Shown: positions 61,272 to 64,000 of the stretch, one piece after another
How positions within the stretch are numbered: position 1 is the first letter of the stretch
Layout of the letters: each line of letters begins with the position of its first letter
Assembly (NCBI RefSeq): GCF_009914755.1
Contig: NC_060925.1
Strand: one strand, 5' to 3'
Length of the DNA stretch: 64,000 nucleotides
Source: the human T2T-CHM13v2.0 reference genome, Homo sapiens
Notes under the pieces: model-generated
What the model was told of the DNA's origin: nothing
Database searches by the model: none
The model's input: only the letters and a program-made list of their open reading frames with translations
Made by a program: the position numbers and the translations under genes

Positions 61272-62939
61272 ACTTCACCTTTGAATGCGGTTTGGACATT
61301 GAGCAGGGTATTTCAAATCCAGCCCAGATAGATGGGTGTCTGCCCCTTGCCTGCAGACGTTCCCATCTAGGGCAAGCACAACAGAAGCACCGGGTGTTTG
61401 GGGTGTGGAAGGCAGCTGCAGATGGACATTCTCCTGTAGGAGGGGCCTGAGGCTTTCCTCCCTGACTTAAGCCTGGAGATGGCTTCCTTCCAAGGGGTGA
61501 AAGAATTGCTGCTGACAGATTTGCTAAGAGCTGAGAAAGAGGAAATGTGGCAAAGGCTCATGGTGAATGGCTTCCGGGGTATTTTTTGTTTTGTTTTCTT
61601 GAGTTGTGTGTGTTAAGAATGCGTAGACCGGCTTGGGCTTGGCTAAGATAGAGTCTTGCTGACAATAGAGAAAAGTGGTGAGCAGTGAATAAGTAAAGTC
61701 GTGGCGGTTAGAAATGTTCTTTGTGCTCCTTTAGATTGGTTATTCCTGCTGCCATTCAGCCATGCTAGCTAGCCTCCAAGAGGCCCCCATCTCCACACCC
61801 AATTCTCTGAAATAGAAGAGGAAGCAATGATGAGAAAAAAACACCACCCTATCTTATGTGTAAAATCTTAGTCCTGCGAAGGGGCCCTTAGAGCTTCTCC
61901 AGTATCACTTCATGATTTCACAGATAAGGAAACTGAGGCCCTGAGAGGGGAAGTAGCTCCCCAGACGTCACAGGTCATTTGATGGTCTTGCATTTGTTCT
62001 CATCAGCTAGCTGCCAAGAGCTGAGCCACAGGGCTAACGCCAAAGTCCAAAGCCTGGTGTGTGTTCTTGGTATCAGACCCTCAGGGTGCAGCTGAGTGTG
62101 AGGTGCTCCTGGACCTAGGGGTCTGGGGTGGGCTCTGGCCTGAGACTCCCCAGGCTGTCTTGCCCTCCCCTGCCACCCAATCAACAGGTATTTATCTGAC
62201 ACCTACTTAAAGTTTGGCCCAGGTTTCAGCCAAGCGGGGTGCCAAAAAGCTTAGGCACCAAACTAATGTCTGCCTCCATCCAGAGAGCATCTCACTGGGG
62301 AGATGGGATTAACATGTGAAACAATCATTAAACAATAAAAGGCAGCATATAATTAGATGCCAGCTGTAGCCACACAGGCTCTGAAATCACCTCTATAGGC
62401 TCTTGCAGTATGGATTTAACATTAGCCAGCAGCTGCAGAGATCTGTGACGATGGTAATTTGTACTTTTGCTGCAATGGGAATCTGAGGCTTTGAGGCCAT
62501 GGGGCTGGTGTTTGGGAGCGAGTCACAGAACCAGGGAGTGAGCCTAGCTGTCTACCTCCATCCCTACCCCAGCCAGCTTTGTTGCCTCCTCATTGCAGAA
62601 TGGAGTAAAGTGAGCAAAATCCAAGGAAGTGCCCAAGCCTTTGTCTTCTTGTGAAAAGTGTCCATGAAATGAGAGTGAAGTTACAAAGGCCCATTAACTG
62701 GTGGTGTGAGGAAATACACAGGAAACATAGGAAGTATGATTCAGGAGAAAGAGAGACCAGGACAAAACTGTGATTACCTTTCTCCATGTGGGAATCAAAA
62801 TGCCAGGGATCTGGTACATTAAGAGAGCAGAGGATGGAGAGATGGCTATAGACTGGAGAAATTGCATTGGGAAACTACATAGAGAAGGTGGAACTAGGGC
62901 TAATAGTGTTCTAGGCAGGAGACTCTGCACAAACAACAG

Positions 62940-63440
<501 letters not shown>

Positions 63441-63622
63441 TGCAGAGAAAGGAATTAACAAACTCTATGGGCATGTGGCCAATCAGAAGAAGGACTCAAG
63501 GAAAATGAAAACTGAAATTGGCTCAGAGGGGTAGAACTTTGCTTTCCTGGGATGATAGTCACCATACATGCCTTTGAATGGGTTTGGTGATTTTCAGAAC
63601 ACTTTTGTACCCATTATCTCAT

Positions 63623-64000
63623 TTGATTTTTACCTTCACATCAATCCTGTGAGACAATAAGGGATTTTTATCCCAAATGTATAGATGAAGAAACTGAGGC
63701 TTAGAGATTATCTGACTTTCTCAAGATCATGTAGTTAGTCATGGGAGTCAGAAGCCCAACACACACTTGTGTTCATCCTGCAGGTACTTAACCCCTACTA
63801 TGTGTCAAGCTGGCACTGGGATCTGGGACACCATAGAGGACAAGACAGGCGTGGGTGCTTCTCTCACAGAACTCAGTCTAAATGGAAATCCAAGGCTCAC
63901 TGCACTGTAATTCCTAGAAGAAATTAAGACCTTTTTTGTCCACTGTAGGCAATAGGGGATCATTGAAGGTTCTTGAGCAAGTATTTCCTATTTGCCTCAT
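63623..64000 (+). repeat. Local duplication, copy 2 (runs off the window end)
   Basis: ttgatttttaccttcacatcaatcc...gagcaagtatttcctatttgcctcat is shared with 59419-59785. Confidence 0.93.

Overview
Primate, almost certainly human, genomic DNA lying entirely inside the RASSF5 (NORE1/RAPL) gene on the + strand; identification is from recalled protein sequence, not a search. The window contains NORE1A coding exon 2 (24368-24489, C-terminal half of the C1 zinc finger) and the CpG-island promoter plus first coding exon of NORE1B/RAPL (CDS 43755-43874). NORE1A exon 1 and the shared 3' exons are outside the window. The rest is intron dense in Alu, L1, MIR, MaLR/ERV LTRs and DNA transposons, and includes a full-length RPL7A processed copy with an uninterrupted 263-codon ORF inside a split Alu. 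Best leads: (1) a candidate third, alternative first coding exon at 4571-4727 whose GT donor is phase-matched to exon 2, predicting a RASSF5 isoform with a basic N-terminus and half a C1 domain; (2) an in-frame uORF whose TAG directly abuts the weak-context RAPL ATG, followed by a better-context Met7 matching the RASSF3 start; (3) a composite intronic poly(A) site built from the retrocopy plus its host Alu; (4) a 1.4-kb AT-rich block with a 34-bp minisatellite between inverted copies of an Alu tail; (5) several local templated-insertion scars. Repeat subfamily calls are by eye and their boundaries are approximate.
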